DNA of 52,649 nucleotides, counting the filler, from Squatina squatina (lineage: Eukaryota), in NCBI GenBank assembly GCA_031763465.1. It is 3 parts of 3 records of this genome, joined end to end, with 100 filler letters (N's around TTAATTAATTAA, not from the genome) between each part and the next. Parts side by side here need not be neighbours in the genome. Positions count along the whole stretch, not along the records: positions 1 to 21,389 come from JARFOE010000013.1; positions 21,490 to 37,727 come from JARFOE010000073.1; 1 more part is not named here. One strand, 5' to 3'. Made by a program: the position numbers and the translations under genes. Shown here piece by piece: positions 10,393 through 22,800 of the stretch; position 1 is the first letter of the stretch, and every line of letters starts with the position of its first letter. A model generated the notes under the pieces. That model was not told the origin of the DNA, ran no database searches, and saw nothing but the letters and a program-made list of their open reading frames with translations.

Positions 10393-12731
10393 CTGTAAAA
10401 TAAATTCACACAAGATTTACCCCCATGTCATATTTCTCAAAGCATTGTTGGTAAAACAGTCATTTCTTGTAATAATAAAACATTTTCAGCAGAATTTCTT
10501 TTTTCCCCCCCACTCTTTGGCTTTCCTCCCCAGAGACTTCTCTTATACGATGACCCACAGACCACTGGCACTCCCTGCCCCGGCATTCCCCCACGTGATG
10601 ACCTGAATGGCATTGCAGCTACCAGACGTGTACTCCGTGTGTCTAACTTGCAGAACAAACATCGAGCGTTCTGCCCAAGTAAATTCAGTATGTAGTTGAG
10701 TGATAATTACGTGAGAATTGCTTTTTTCCCTCCTTGTAAGAAAGCTTAGTTCTAGGCCTCTTGTCCAATTGGTTAGACACTACTTAGTTACAGTAATAGT
10801 TTATTTTTGAGAAGTGAAACAAATGTCTAAGCAGTAATGAACAAAACGGAACAAGAAATAATATTATCCAGTCCGTTTTGGGTAGGGCCCGTAACTTACA
10901 GATTACTGTTTCTTCTTCCTGTCTAAACTGTCTTCTTAGCCTGATGACTGCCTCTACAGTAACAAAAGACCAATTTCCCTATATTATACCCTAAAAGAGG
11001 GAATTGCAGCAAAGTACATCCAGTGAGGTATTTCCGCCAAAACCTCGCTTAATCTGTCTAATTATAATGGGCACATTTACTTGTCCAGATACTGTTGGCA
11101 CCTCGTGACTGTACTCAGTGTCAATTCTACCCCTAACACATAGGAGGCAATTTTCTCCAGATACTTTAGGCACTAAAGAGTCTCCAAGGTGGCGAAGATG
11201 GGGTCTTGAGCTGAAATGCTGGTTTAGCCCACGTTTAGCGCAGGACACCATCTTGGTAAAGGAGTTGAAGCACGTGCTGGCAATGGTTGCCCAGAGGATC
11301 ATTAAAGGGCTGATTGGCAATTAAATTGCTTGCTAGCACTCATTAAAGAAGCTGCATGGCATTTTGGTGGTTAGTGTTTCACCAAATGCCCTCTTGTAAC
11401 ACTGACCAGCTGATTGAAAGTAAACTAGTCATTGCAGAGGATTTCGAGTGCTACTTAAAGGTATATCACCTTTTACAGTTCACTAGCTGCTGGAGGTTTG
11501 AAGAGGACTTTTTAAACACATCGGGAGACTTTCTGGGACACTTTATCAAGATTTCACCAACACTCCATCAACATTTAGTCTGGAAATTCTATCAAGACTT
11601 CACCTTGTTGGACATCCTCTAGGATGCACCAGGAGAAAGGGAGTGCTTGGTCATGGGCATCTTGCTAGCCTCCCCCTTGGTCTGCAGGAGGAAAGGGAGG
11701 AGGTCATGAGGCCAATCAGAGCAGCTCCAGCTGCTGCAGGAGCGAGGAACAGGAGGGACAGGTGGCATCCTTCCCCCCCGCCTGTGGGTACAGGACATCC
11801 CTCCTCCTCTGGATCTCCTCCACCAGGACCTCCAGTGTCACGCCCAAGAACATGTGCGCCCTCTCACTAGGTCCCTAAGCCATCCTGCAATGTGCCGTTG
11901 TGTGTCTGCCAGTCCACTCCACACCTTCAGTGGAAGTGGGTGTGAGGAGCCCACATATACTGCTCCACAAAAATTGTGTCTAATCTGCACTTGAGTGCTG
12001 TTTTAGCACCTCCAGGCAAATTCAAATTTTGGTATTCAACAATTAGGACCAAAATTGTGTCAGATAGGCGTGCCTTATTAGCACAGCAACCATTTAGCAC
12101 CTGTTTTCAGCCCTTTACCAAAATAACTCCATTGGGTTTCTGCTCTTGCTGCTCATGACTCACTATNNNNNNNNNNNNNNNNNNNNNNNNNNNNNNNNNN
12201 NNNNNNNNNNNNNNNNNNNNNNNNNNNNNNNNNNNNNNNNNNNNNNNNNNNNNNNNNNNNNNNNNNCATTGAATTACCCCGCACCGAGTCTGAAAGTGGA
12301 GAATATCCTATTATACCATTGACCCACCGAGCCTGTTGAAATGCCACGTGAACTCACTGGTCTAGAAATCCATTCATCCTGAATGTGGTTCCCACCCATA
12401 TGTTGAAGCATTAGCTGAATAGCCTGATGACTGTAGCACCAATGTCTGGAGAACATTGTGCTCCCAGGGCCACCAGCTCTCGTTCGGATGCTGCGACAAA
12501 GGAGACCTGTGGAAACAATACTGGTGGAGTGAATAGTCATCCAGAAGGCTGAACTGGAGAAATGTCTCCCAGTTGAGCCTTCTGGATGACTATCACTCGC
12601 TCTCAGTATGGATGGTAGAAAACCTTGATGTCAGCTGCTAGTATGCCCACTAGTAAATGGTTCATCTGATGGTCAAACCAAACCATGTTGTGAAAAACAT
12701 GGAGGCTCAAGATGCACTCACTACTACAAGA

Positions 12732-13375
12732 ATACAAAAGCAAAATACTGCGGATGCTGGAAAGCAGAAATAAAACAGAAAATGCTGCAAATACTCAGCA
12801 GGTCACGCAGCATCTGTGGAGAGAGAAATAGAGCTAAAATTTCTGGTCGATGACCTTTTGTCAGGACTGGAGAAAGTTAGAGATATCTCAGATTTTAAGC
12901 AAGTGCCGGGGCAGGGAAAGGGGTATGTGAGGTATAAACAAAGGAGAAGGTCTGTGATAAGGTGGAAGGGAGAAGTGATTAAATGACAAAAGGTATGATA
13001 GTACAACGCAAAAGGACCTGGTAATGGGACAAGTAAAGAAAAGATGAGTCCAAAAGATGTGTAAATGGGAATGGCAGAATCATCAACAGCTGCCATGTGA
13101 AAAAAAAGGAGCAGAAGTTATGGTCTGAAACTGTTGAACTTGACGTTGAGTCCAGAAGACTGTAAAGTGCTTAATCAAAAGATGAGGTGCTGTTCCTCGA
13201 TCTTCCGCTGAACTTCGTTGGAACAGTCTAAGAGAGGTCAGAGTGAAGTGGAGAATTAAAGTGACAGGCAACTGGAACCTCAGAGTCACGCTTACGGACT
13301 GAACGGAGGTGTTCTGCAAAGCGATCACCCAATCTGCGTTTGGTCTCCCCAATGTAGAGGAGACTGCCAATGTAG
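12732..13375 (-). mobile_element. Penelope-like element 3' end (GIY-YIG endonuclease plus terminal repeat)
   Basis: Minus strand reads SLLYIGETKRRLGDRFAEHLRSVRKRD and ...RKIEEQHLIF*LSTLQSSGLNVKFNSFR, followed by the ...CTGCTGAGTATTTGCAGCATTTTCTG...CCAGCATCCGCAGTATTTTGCTTTT terminus. Confidence 0.9.
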
Positions 13376-13403
13376 AGGAGACTCCCCAATGTAATGAGAT
13401 GTC

Positions 13404-13702
13404 TGCTCTCCTCTCATTCTGCCCTCTTGAGCATTCCTGATTATAATTGCTCAACCATTGGTGGTCGTGTCTTCTGTTGCCTAGGCCCTAAGCTCTGGAA
13501 TTTCCTCCCTAAACCTCTCCGCCTCTCTTTCCTCCTTCAAGACTCTGCTTAAAACCTACATCTTTTACCAAGCTTTTGGTCATCTGCCCTAATTCCTCCT
13601 TATGTGGCTTGGTGTCAAATTTTGGTTTCATAATGCTGTGAAACGCCTTGGGACATTATTCTACAGTAAAGGCACGATATAAATACAAGTTGTTGTTGTT
13701 GT
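13404..13702 (+). mobile_element. L2 LINE 3' end with TTG tail
   Basis: Reverse complement of 16061-16370. Encodes GPKLWN and ends ...ATATAAATACAAGTTGTTGTTGTTG. Confidence 0.85.
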
Positions 13703-14763
13703 CAAAAAGCTAGAGTGAAGCCTGAGGCTTTAAAACAGCCTCAAGTATGTTTGATTTCCATTCTTGCTGCCTAGTCTGTCCCTCATGCAACTCCAGTGCC
13801 ACACAACACGATTGCTTCTTAATTCCCTCTGAAATAGCATAAAAAAGCCACCCAAGGATACAGGAACAGGAGTAGTCCATTCAGACCTTCGAGCCCGTTC
13901 CATCATTCAATTATTAGATCATGGCTGATCTGTACCTGAACTCCATTTACTTGCCTTTGATTCGTATCCCTGGATACCCTTGCCTAAAAAAGGGATGGGC
14001 AATGAATTAGGCCTTGCCAGTGCTGTCGCATCCTGAGGGACAAATATACTAAAATAAAACCAGCAGGAGTTCATATTTTGATGATGAGGGGGAAAATTGA
14101 CCAATTTAAAAAAAAAGTCTGGATACGAGTGAGAATTTAAAAAAAAAAATCAACAGAAGCTTATGGGTCCTTTTTATTTCATTTTTATTCCTGCCTGTCA
14201 TGCTAGACAGCAAGACACTGCATCCCATTTATTTAACACACGAAAGGTGCCCTCAAATTATTATAGGAAGTTTAGAGAAATCATCCAAAATTGATAAGCA
14301 GGGAACTGTAGTGAAAAGTAATGATGTGCTGCCCAGTGTGCAGCACTGTTCATACATATCAATGTAGTTTAACTTCCTTCTAACTTCCTTCAGCATATCA
14401 GAAGCAACGTTAATACTTCAATTACTAATTGCATTTCCTTTACACCCTTGTGTATAAATAGTAAATGCAGTGCGAGTATGCAGTAGCTATTTATATTTCA
14501 CCTAAACAATGAGCTTGTGACAGACACCAGTGAGCTCATCTTCTACATCTATAAATATTCTCTCTATAGATCTCAGCATTTTGAATCAAAAAGGAGCTTT
14601 TTAAAATAGATAGCTCCGTTTTTTTGTTCTCCGCTCAAGGTACCGACTCATGCTGGAATATTTATACATGGTCAGCCTCCAGTATTTCGCCCAAGATCCG
14701 CCTTTCACCCATGCCCATTATAAGGCCTGTTGACAGGTTATTTAACCACGGGGACTCAACGTC

Positions 14764-14860
14764 GAGAGTTGCCAACCCTCCAGGATTTCCCTGGAGTCTC
14801 CAGGAATTGAAGATTGATCTCCAGGACACTGCTGCCAGCATCCCGGGAGGAAAAAAAACA
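14764..14860 (+). mobile_element. Non-autonomous hAT-like (Blackjack-type TIR) fragment
   Basis: Begins AGAGTTGCCAACCCTCCAGGA. Same family appears in inverse orientation at 36222-36400. Confidence 0.55.
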
Positions 14861-16060
14861 CAAACATTAAGAATGANNNNNNNNNNNNNNNNNNNNNNNN
14901 NNNNNNNNNNNNNNNNNNNNNNNNNNNNNNNNNNNNNNNNNNNNNNNNNNNNNNNNNNNNNNNNNNNNNNNNNNNNCAAAATCACTAGTGTTATGAAGTT
15001 CAAAATATTCTCCAGACACAACCCAAGTTGGGAAGGACAAAAACCTACAATTTAATTATAAATGTTTTATTTTGAGTGGATATATGAAGTATTGACAATG
15101 TAAACTTATTGAATCCCTAACAATATTGCATCAGGCACGAAAAAATATAAATTTTGAAAGCCATTATAGGATTTCAGCATTCAACTAGTTAAAGCAAGCT
15201 CAGCCACTGCAGAGGAGTTTTGGTGTATTACACAAAGCACTCAGTGGGGAAAAAAAAGACAGAAAATTGCATTCTCAAAATAGCAACTGCAGTGCAACGC
15301 TGACCTGAAAACTTCCATTATAAATGACTGCAAAGGGAAGACAGATGTTGGGCTCCAGAATACCTTAACCCTTGAAGTGCTGAATTCTTTTTCAGTTTCC
15401 AAAGATTTTTATTAATTATTTTCTGTTACTACTTAGATTAAATTGCCGAGTGAATAACTAGCAGTACAAATATTTACTGTTCGGCTAAATTGTTTGCAGT
15501 TTGTCGAAAGCCTGATTAAAGCATTAACTTTCTTGACAGACTAGTTAAGCATTTAGCCTGTATCGACTCTCCAACTTTTCAAAATGCTACATTCTTTTCT
15601 CAAATCAATACCACTTTCTTACCTTGGAGGTTTCTTATGACCAAAGCATACATAATAAATAGGAATCAATGCTTAACAAAATTGTAAACATTGCATTAAA
15701 AAGTGAAGCAAAAGAAATGGCCCCTTCCCAACCCATTTTACTTTCCCTCCTGCTATATCACATGTCACTCCTCGGATAAGGTGGGCGGTCTCTTGTTTCA
15801 CTCACTTGCCGATGGTTGGAAGTTGCTTTAAGGACTTGGCTCTTGAACTTTGCCTGCCTCCTTGTCAGGAATGCCCAGGTTCTGTTGCTCAGTTCTGCTC
15901 AGTGAAGTCTCAGCCAAGAGGAAGAAATCATCAATTGCACAAACACATCACTTCACAGCATCAATGTGTTTTTGGCCTACCATATTAAACTTTAATTATG
16001 CCTTCACAACAGTCAGCCACACATACTCAGTTAAACATGAGCACACACTTATAATATAAC

Positions 16061-16552
16061 AACAAACAGCAACAAAAACTTGTATTTATATGGTGCCTTT
16101 GACATATTAAAACATCCCAGGGTCCTTCACAGGAGTATTATGACACAAAACATTTGACACCGAGCCACATTAGGAGAAATTAGGGCAGGTGACCAAAAGC
16201 TTGGTCAAAGAGGCAAGTTTTAAGGAGCGTCTTAAAGGAGGAAAGAGAGGTTTAGGCAGGGAATTCCAGAGCTTAGGGCCCAGGCAACAGAAGGCACGGT
16301 CACCAATGGTTGAGCGATTATAATCAGGGATGCTCAAGAGGGCAGAATTAGAGGAGCACAGATATCTCAGGGGGTTGTGGGGCTGGAGGAGATTACAGAG
16401 ATAGGGAGGGGCGGGGCCATGGAGGGATTGGAAAACATGGATGAGAATTTTGAAATCGCGGCAATGCATAACCGGGAGCCAATGTAGGTCAGCGAGCACA
16501 GGGGTGATGGGTGAAAGGGACTTGGTGCAATTTAGGATGAGAGCAGCCATGT
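16061..16552 (-). mobile_element. L2 LINE ORF2 C-terminus and 3' UTR
   Basis: SPITPVLADLHWLPV...FKILIHVFQSLHGPAPPYL...RAFCCLGPKLWNSLP is the canonical L2 C-terminal motif. Confidence 0.92.
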
Positions 16553-17214
16553 TTTAAATATATTTGACCCTCATGTAAGACAATGGCCCGAAAATTCTGG
16601 TTGGAGGCCCCCAACTGGAAAGATCTCTATGCAAGTACCTGGTGGTCTGGGGGCTGCGAAAACTTACATCCCTGGGCCTCCACAGGAATGTAGGTGGAGC
16701 GGTCCAGGGATCACGTGGGAGGCCCCAACCAATCAGGTAGGGGTATCTCCCATTCATACTTCTGCTGATCTGTAGATCTGTAGAAGCATGAATGGGAGAT
16801 ACAAAAAAACAGTACAAGCACTTCAAAATACATTTTAAAAATTGTCAAACATTAAAATTTTTTAAAAATTTAAATTTTTAAAAAATCTTTTAAAGTGTAT
16901 AAAAATATACTTACCTTAATGGACCGGGTTTTTAATCAATAATCCAGTGATTTAATTTATTTTTATATTTTAAAAAACTCTTATGCTGGTAAAAGCAGGC
17001 TTGTACGCTTACTTTTACAAGGCAAAAGAAATTAAAGAGCTTTCTCTGGGCAACAGTTGGGCAAATTGCCCAATAATCTGCTCAGGAAAGCCCTTTTCCA
17101 ATTGAAGCGGATGACCTGTCAAGAGTGCAGTGCAGCCCTAAACCCAGGACTTATGGGGCCTCTCCGAGCGTGTGCACACACCATACGCGCCTCAAGAGTA
17201 CGGAATTTTCACCC

Positions 17215-17590
17215 CAGTATGTTTCATGACCTTAGGATCTCCCAGAGCGCTTCAAAGGCAATAAAGCAGGTTTGAATTGTAGTCACTGTTGTAATATCAG
17301 CAAGGTGGCAGCCAATCTCCTACAAACAGCAATGAAATAAATGACAAGATCATATGTTCTAGGTGTTGATTGAGAGATAAATGTTGGCCAAGACACCACA
17401 GAGAACTCCCCTGCTTCTCTTCAAAATAGTGCCATGAGATCTTTTACATTCACCTGAGCAGCCAGGCCAGGCCTTGGTTTAATATCTTATCCGAAAAATG
17501 GCACCTCAGACAGTGTAGCACTCCCTCTGTACGGTATAGAAGTGACAGCTAGATTATGTGCTCAAGCCTCTGGAGTGAGGCTTGAACCCA
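17215..17590 (-). mobile_element. DeuSINE (SacSINE1-like tRNA-head SINE)
   Basis: Minus strand carries a B-box (GGGTTCAAGCC), then Deu-domain-like sequence (CTGAGGTGCCATTTTTCGGATAAGATATTAAACCAAGGCC...GTAAAAGATCTCATGGCACTATTTTGAAG) and an L2-like tail. Confidence 0.75.
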
Positions 17591-17699
17591 NNNNNNNNNN
17601 NNNNNNNNNNNNNNNNNNNNNNNNNNNNNNNNNNNNNNNNNNNNNNNNNNNNNNNNNNNNNNNNNNNNNNNNNNNNNNNNNNNNNNNNNNTTTGAACTG

Positions 17700-18010
17700 C
17701 CGCCAATGCCAGTATATCTTGCGTTAGTTAAAGGGAACAAAACTGTTGACATTACTCCAGGTATGGCCTCACTAGGTACCTGTACATTTGAAGCAATACT
17801 TCCCTCCTTTTTTACTCCATCCCCTTTGAAATAAAGACCAATATTCCATTTGCCTTCTCAATTACCTGCACAGTAACGCTCTGTGTGTCTTGTACGAGGA
17901 CCCCCAATCCCTTTGTGCTGCAGAGCTATGCAGTCTTCTCCATTTAAGTACTATTCTGATTTTGCACTCTTCCTTCCAAAGTGGATAACGTCACATCTTC
18001 CCATATTGTA
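17700..18010 (-). mobile_element. Degenerate CR1 LINE fragment
   Basis: Similar to the CR1 3' ORF2 copy at 31897-32190 (TACTCCAGGTATGGCCTCACTAGG...ATTCCATTTGCCTTC). Confidence 0.6.
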
Positions 18011-19299
18011 CTCCATCCTAGCTCTTCAAATACCTGATCCACCGGAAGATTTAATACTATCTTTGCCAATTTGGACAGAAAGATATTTAAAGACATTATA
18101 TCATATGTCGGGGAACAGTGGTTAGAGAAACGTATTGATAACATTGGAAGAATATAACCAATATGAGCAGGATTCGGCCATTCGGCCCCTCAAGCCTCTT
18201 CAGCCTTTCAACAATATCACAGCAGATCTTAAAACTCAAGTCAACTTCCGGCAGTATCCGATAGGCATTGCTGCTGAGGTTTATCCACAGCCAACAGGTA
18301 ACGAGGCGATTGGAACTGATGAAAGGATACAGTGTTTGTAACTGGGGCCAGAAATGATGCCTCCACTCTTGACAATCCTGCTTCAGAAAATCTATAGTCA
18401 TCTAAAAATGGATGCAGTACAAATAATCTGTCAGCGGAACAAAAAGGAGGTGTGTGGGGGAGTGATCATGAGAGGGGATACAAGGGTATATTTGGTGTCT
18501 TCAGTAAACATGTTAAACGTCAACCTGTGTCTGTGAAAGATCTGGCAAAAGCAAGCAAGGGGATCAGGAGTAAAGTGTGCAGTTAAGGAAAATGAGAACA
18601 TAAGCATAGGAAATTGGCATGGGACGTTCTCAGCTAACGGTTCTGGAGGACTTAATTGGGAAGAGAAAACATTGCTGCAGGTGTTCCGGCTATGATCAGA
18701 TGAGTAATATTGAAACAATGTGGGGGCAGGCCCACTGAAAGAGGCGGGTATCAGAGCAATTCAGAGATACTTCTGGAATGCTGTACGTTCTGAGGAGAGG
18801 GTGGAGATGGAGAATTGATAAGGTCATGTAGAGATTGAAACCCAAGGATGAAAAATTTAAATTTAAGGTGTTGGGGTGAAGAGTTGAGAGCTAATGCCTG
18901 TCAGTGTGGGTGAGGGCTATGGTCGAGTGCGACTTGAAGAGGGCTGTACACAGCCATCAGTGTTTTTGGATGTGCTTGCATTGGTGGACGTGCCATCTAA
19001 TATCACGGCCATTAATTGATCGGCTGCGATGACCAGGGCGTGTAACTCCTCGTTTAAATTACGTCATTTTTACATGTTAACTGTGAACCATCAGGAACCA
19101 ATTGAAAAAGGCCTGCCCATGTCCATGGATTCAGCGCTTTCTTTGGAGAAATTGGTGAAGTTGAGAAATGAGTTTGCAGGATTGAACGTCTTGAATAAAA
19201 TTATTTCAAATTTGTAAATGAAGATGCTTATTTTTGGTGGGTCCGTCCTGTGTGAGCACAGATTGCAGCCTAATTGCCGAGACAGATTTGTTTAAGATA

Positions 19300-19691
19300 A
19301 TCTCGGTTTTCTGAGTCAAAATTTCGAGGAACCAACTAGAGATCAGGCCATCTCATACTGGGTAATGTGAAATGAGAAAGTATTAATTAGCAATCTTGTT
19401 GTGCGAAGCCCCTTGGGGTAGATTGATCATAATCTGATAGAATTCTTCATTAAGATGGAGAGTGACATAGTTGACTCAGATACCAGGGTCCTGAATTTAA
19501 GTAAATGAAACTACAATGTTACGAGGTGTGAGTTGGCTTGGATAAATTGGGGAAGGTTACTTAAAGTGTTGACATAGGATAGGCAATGACAAACATTTAA
19601 AGATCGCCTGGATGTACTACAAATCTTGTTCAGCCCTGTCTGGCATAAAAATATACCAGGAAAGTGGCTCAACCGTGGCTAACAAGGGAAA
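19300..19691 (+). mobile_element. Degenerate CR1 LINE endonuclease region
   Basis: Decayed EEPTRDQAI..WVM.NEK...LG..DHNLIEF motif of the APE endonuclease, with stop codons. Confidence 0.75.
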
Positions 19692-20179
19692 NNNNNNNNN
19701 NNNNNNNNNNNNNNNNNNNNNNNNNNNNNNNNNNNNNNNNNNNNNNNNNNNNNNNNNNNNNNNNNNNNNNNNNNNNNNNNNNNNNNNNNNNTGAAGTTAC
19801 AGCCCTAATAACAAAAACTAGCAGGTTTGCAGTGGCCGGGTAAACAATGCATTAAGTTCTTTTTAAAAGTGTTACTTGAATGAAGTCTGATTAAATTTCT
19901 ACGTTTTTTTTTTGCTCATCACCAAATCCTAGACCCATTTTTCACACCAGTCTAACAGTCGGATTCCAAAAAATTACAAAAATAAAGCAGAAGTGGCCAC
20001 AAGCGTAAAGATGCTCTTTGGACCTTTGATACTCGCCAAAAGTGGAACTGGAAATAATTGGCAAAAACCTTTTCAAGATGACACTTTCAGAGCTGTAGAG
20101 TCGAGTTGTGCAAACATTTAATCACTGGAGCTGCTCTTGTGTGTGGTGCAGAGTGACCAGAGTGATAAAAAGCTCCATT

Positions 20180-20187
20180 TTACGCTG
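20180..20187 (-). CDS. MAP4: Candidate terminal exon (xA-stop) of a short MAP4 isoform
   Basis: A ~45-nt pyrimidine tract, then TAG|CA GCG TAA in phase 1. Recalled human short MAP4 isoform ends ...TTEA*. Confidence 0.4.
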
Positions 20188-21118
20188 CTAGATACAGATA
20201 TTCGGAAGGAAGGGAGGAGAGAAATGGGGAAAGGAGAAAGGTAGCAAAAAAAAAGCACAGGAAGTTAGTGTTAAGTAGTAGAAAGCAGATATTTTAAACA
20301 GACAAGCTCTCCAGAAAACGTCAGATCACAAACCACCTAAACCACACAATATTCTTTCTGATTTTCTCCCTCCTCCCTGAAGTCTTTGACTCAATTATAT
20401 ATGGGCAGCAACTACCATTTGGTACTTCACCCAAAAGCCCATGATTCGTGTGTGAGCCTTGACAGGGTCAGCAGGCTCTCCAACTATGGAGGAGATCCTG
20501 CTGGGCTTAATCCAGCATTCACACGTGCACTTCCAGCTAGTCACAATNNNNNNNNNNNNNNNNNNNNNNNNNNNNNNNNNNNNNNNNNNNNNNNNNNNNN
20601 NNNNNNNNNNNNNNNNNNNNNNNNNNNNNNNNNNNNNNNNNNNNNNNTAACTTTAGAAACATAAAGATAGTCCGACATCACCTCTGAACTTGTTAAACTT
20701 GAAAAAGCAGATTTAAAAACTTCACACGTTTTTCAAATTTGCTGTTGAGTGTGGAGCCAAAGTTTCCTAGATGCATCCTTTGGCTTGGCATCTCATGGTT
20801 TCCCTTTGCCTCTGAAACACCGTGGAAGCTTTTCCCAGATTGAAGGTGCTATATACATGAAAGCTGTTATGGTGGAGATCTTTGACGTGCACAGACATAA
20901 TGGATTGAATGGCTGTTCCTCATTCCAAGCTGTCTTCAAACCCTCATGCAGCCATGCTAGACATACACAGGAATGCTTTAAACAGAGAGCCCAGTGCCAC
21001 ATGGCACTCAACTGCTCAAGATCACTCGAGGTTCAACAGACAAGCCCTACTGTCATACCAGTCAGTGGGGCTTCAACTCACCGCTCTGATCTAAAGCTCA
21101 TATTATGCACACACTCAC

Positions 21119-21383
21119 GTTCTGTCAATTGTCCCCCATCAGTTTCTTGTTCAGGTGCTGCCTCTCCGTACAATTGCACCACCGCATTCTCTTTAGCCTC
21201 TGAAGGAGGCGGTTTTGTCTCATCATCATCCAGCAGTGGAACATAACTTTCTTTCGTCACACTTTCTCCAACAACATCATCATATTTCTCTGCCTCCAGA
21301 GAAGCAATGAAATCCCTCTTAACTTCCGATTCAACACTGGGTGTACTTTCGTGTAGTGCATCAATCAGACTGAAGTCAGCCAT
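21119..21383 (-). CDS. MAP4: MAP4 first coding exon
   Basis: [55 protein letters not shown] matches the MAP4 N-terminus (human MADLSLADALTE...KRDFIATLEAEAFDDVVGE). Phase-1 donor C|GTGAGT at 21118; a second donor at 21081 is phase 2. Confidence 0.95.
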
Positions 21384-21389
21384 CGTATG

Positions 21390-21489
21390 NNNNNNNNNNN
21401 NNNNNNNNNNNNNNNNNNNNNNNNNNNNNNNNNTTAATTAATTAANNNNNNNNNNNNNNNNNNNNNNNNNNNNNNNNNNNNNNNNNNNN
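21390..21489. other. Artificial scaffold linker N44-TTAATTAATTAA-N44
   Basis: A 12-mer with stops in all six frames centred in exactly 100 positions; identical structure at 37728-37827. Confidence 0.97.
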
Positions 21490-22627
21490 TTAATGTGTTT
21501 TGGAGACCTCCCATCCTCCATAGTTTCCCTTGTTCCTCATAAAATATGCCTGAACTTCCTGTTAATTTTAATCTGATCTCCCTGAACTTTGCCTTTCTCC
21601 AGGCCAGCACTCTTATCTTTTCATAGCCTTGTGTATTCTTACACTGAACCTATCTTTGTTGTGGTCGCTGTTTCCCAATGCCACACACCTTGCTCGCATG
21701 TCAGTTATTTTCTGGCATGCTTCCAGGGGTGCTCTGATAGCTTGCCCTAGTGGCCATTCTGCATCGATGTGCCTAGATGGTGAGTATATCACTGCCAAGC
21801 CCTGGGTTTACCCGATGACATCCTCACATGTGAATTTTCCAGCAATGGTTGCTGTATAGGAGTTAGGGGTGGGAAGCCTAACAGATCCTTGTCAAGGGAC
21901 ACTGAGGTTCATCACAATTTTTATTGCGTATTGCTGGTGCTTCCTGTTCAAGCAGGTTCTTTCCAGTCTACCTTTAGTCTTCTTTGTTTGAAGTAATTGC
22001 ACTCATCATCTATAGCTTTGGTAAGTAGTCAGCATTTGTTCATTCATTTAAATTGGTTGTGGTCTGCGACTTGCTGTACTGTTTCGATCTGGCACTGTTC
22101 TTTTTGTAATGTTCAGTGTTTGAGCCATGCGTTCACTTGCAGTCTTTGCAGCTAGCTGTGCTTTAATGTTTTTGATTTTTGGCTCCCAAGAGCCTACTCG
22201 CTTATTTGCCTTGAAACTAGCCTTGGATTTGTATGAGCTTTTGATTCCTCTTAAGCTACCTCATTTCACAGTTAGCGGCACCTTCTTGCAATTGAGTAGT
22301 TGAAGCTTAGGGATTTAGCATTCCTGAAAGATTGGTGTTATTAAAGTGGGGTTACATCCAATCCAATCGAGTACTTTTAAATGTTTTGTGTTCTGCCCCA
22401 AAGAATTCACCCTGGTCTATCATTCAGGTCTGACTAGATGCATTTTGATGTTATTACTTATGTCAGTTTCCTCACATTAATATGATTAGCTAGTAGCAGC
22501 TGCTAGTAATTAGCAAGCTGCTTCGCGGGAATATTAAGGTTTCCTCAATTATGTTTTAGAAGAGACTGCCTGTAATTGAGAGGTAAAATCGCGTAATCTT
22601 CTGGGACTGATTTTCCTCTGCCCACGA

Positions 22628-22800
22628 AAGAAAGACTTGTCTTTATATCAGACCTTCCAGGACCTCAGGACATCCCACTTTGGAAGCGTCGCCACTGTTG
22701 TAGGGAAATGTAATAATCCATTTGTGCACAGCAAGCTCCCACAAACAGCAGTGAGATAACGACCAGGTAATCTGTTTTAGTGATGTTAGTTGATATTTCT
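22628..22800 (-). mobile_element. DeuSINE 3' part
   Basis: Similar to 17215-17370 (GACCTCAGGACATCCC...CACTGTTGTA...CAAACAGCA). Confidence 0.6.

Noticed and set aside
15623-15633. Possible MAP4 microexon before AAG|GTAAGA
   Set aside because: 11 nt (frameshifting) with a weak AAG acceptor and no supporting homology.
21434-21445. TTAATTAATTAA as a piggyBac target or regulatory motif
   Set aside because: It is centred in symmetric N runs twice, which marks it as an in silico spacer.
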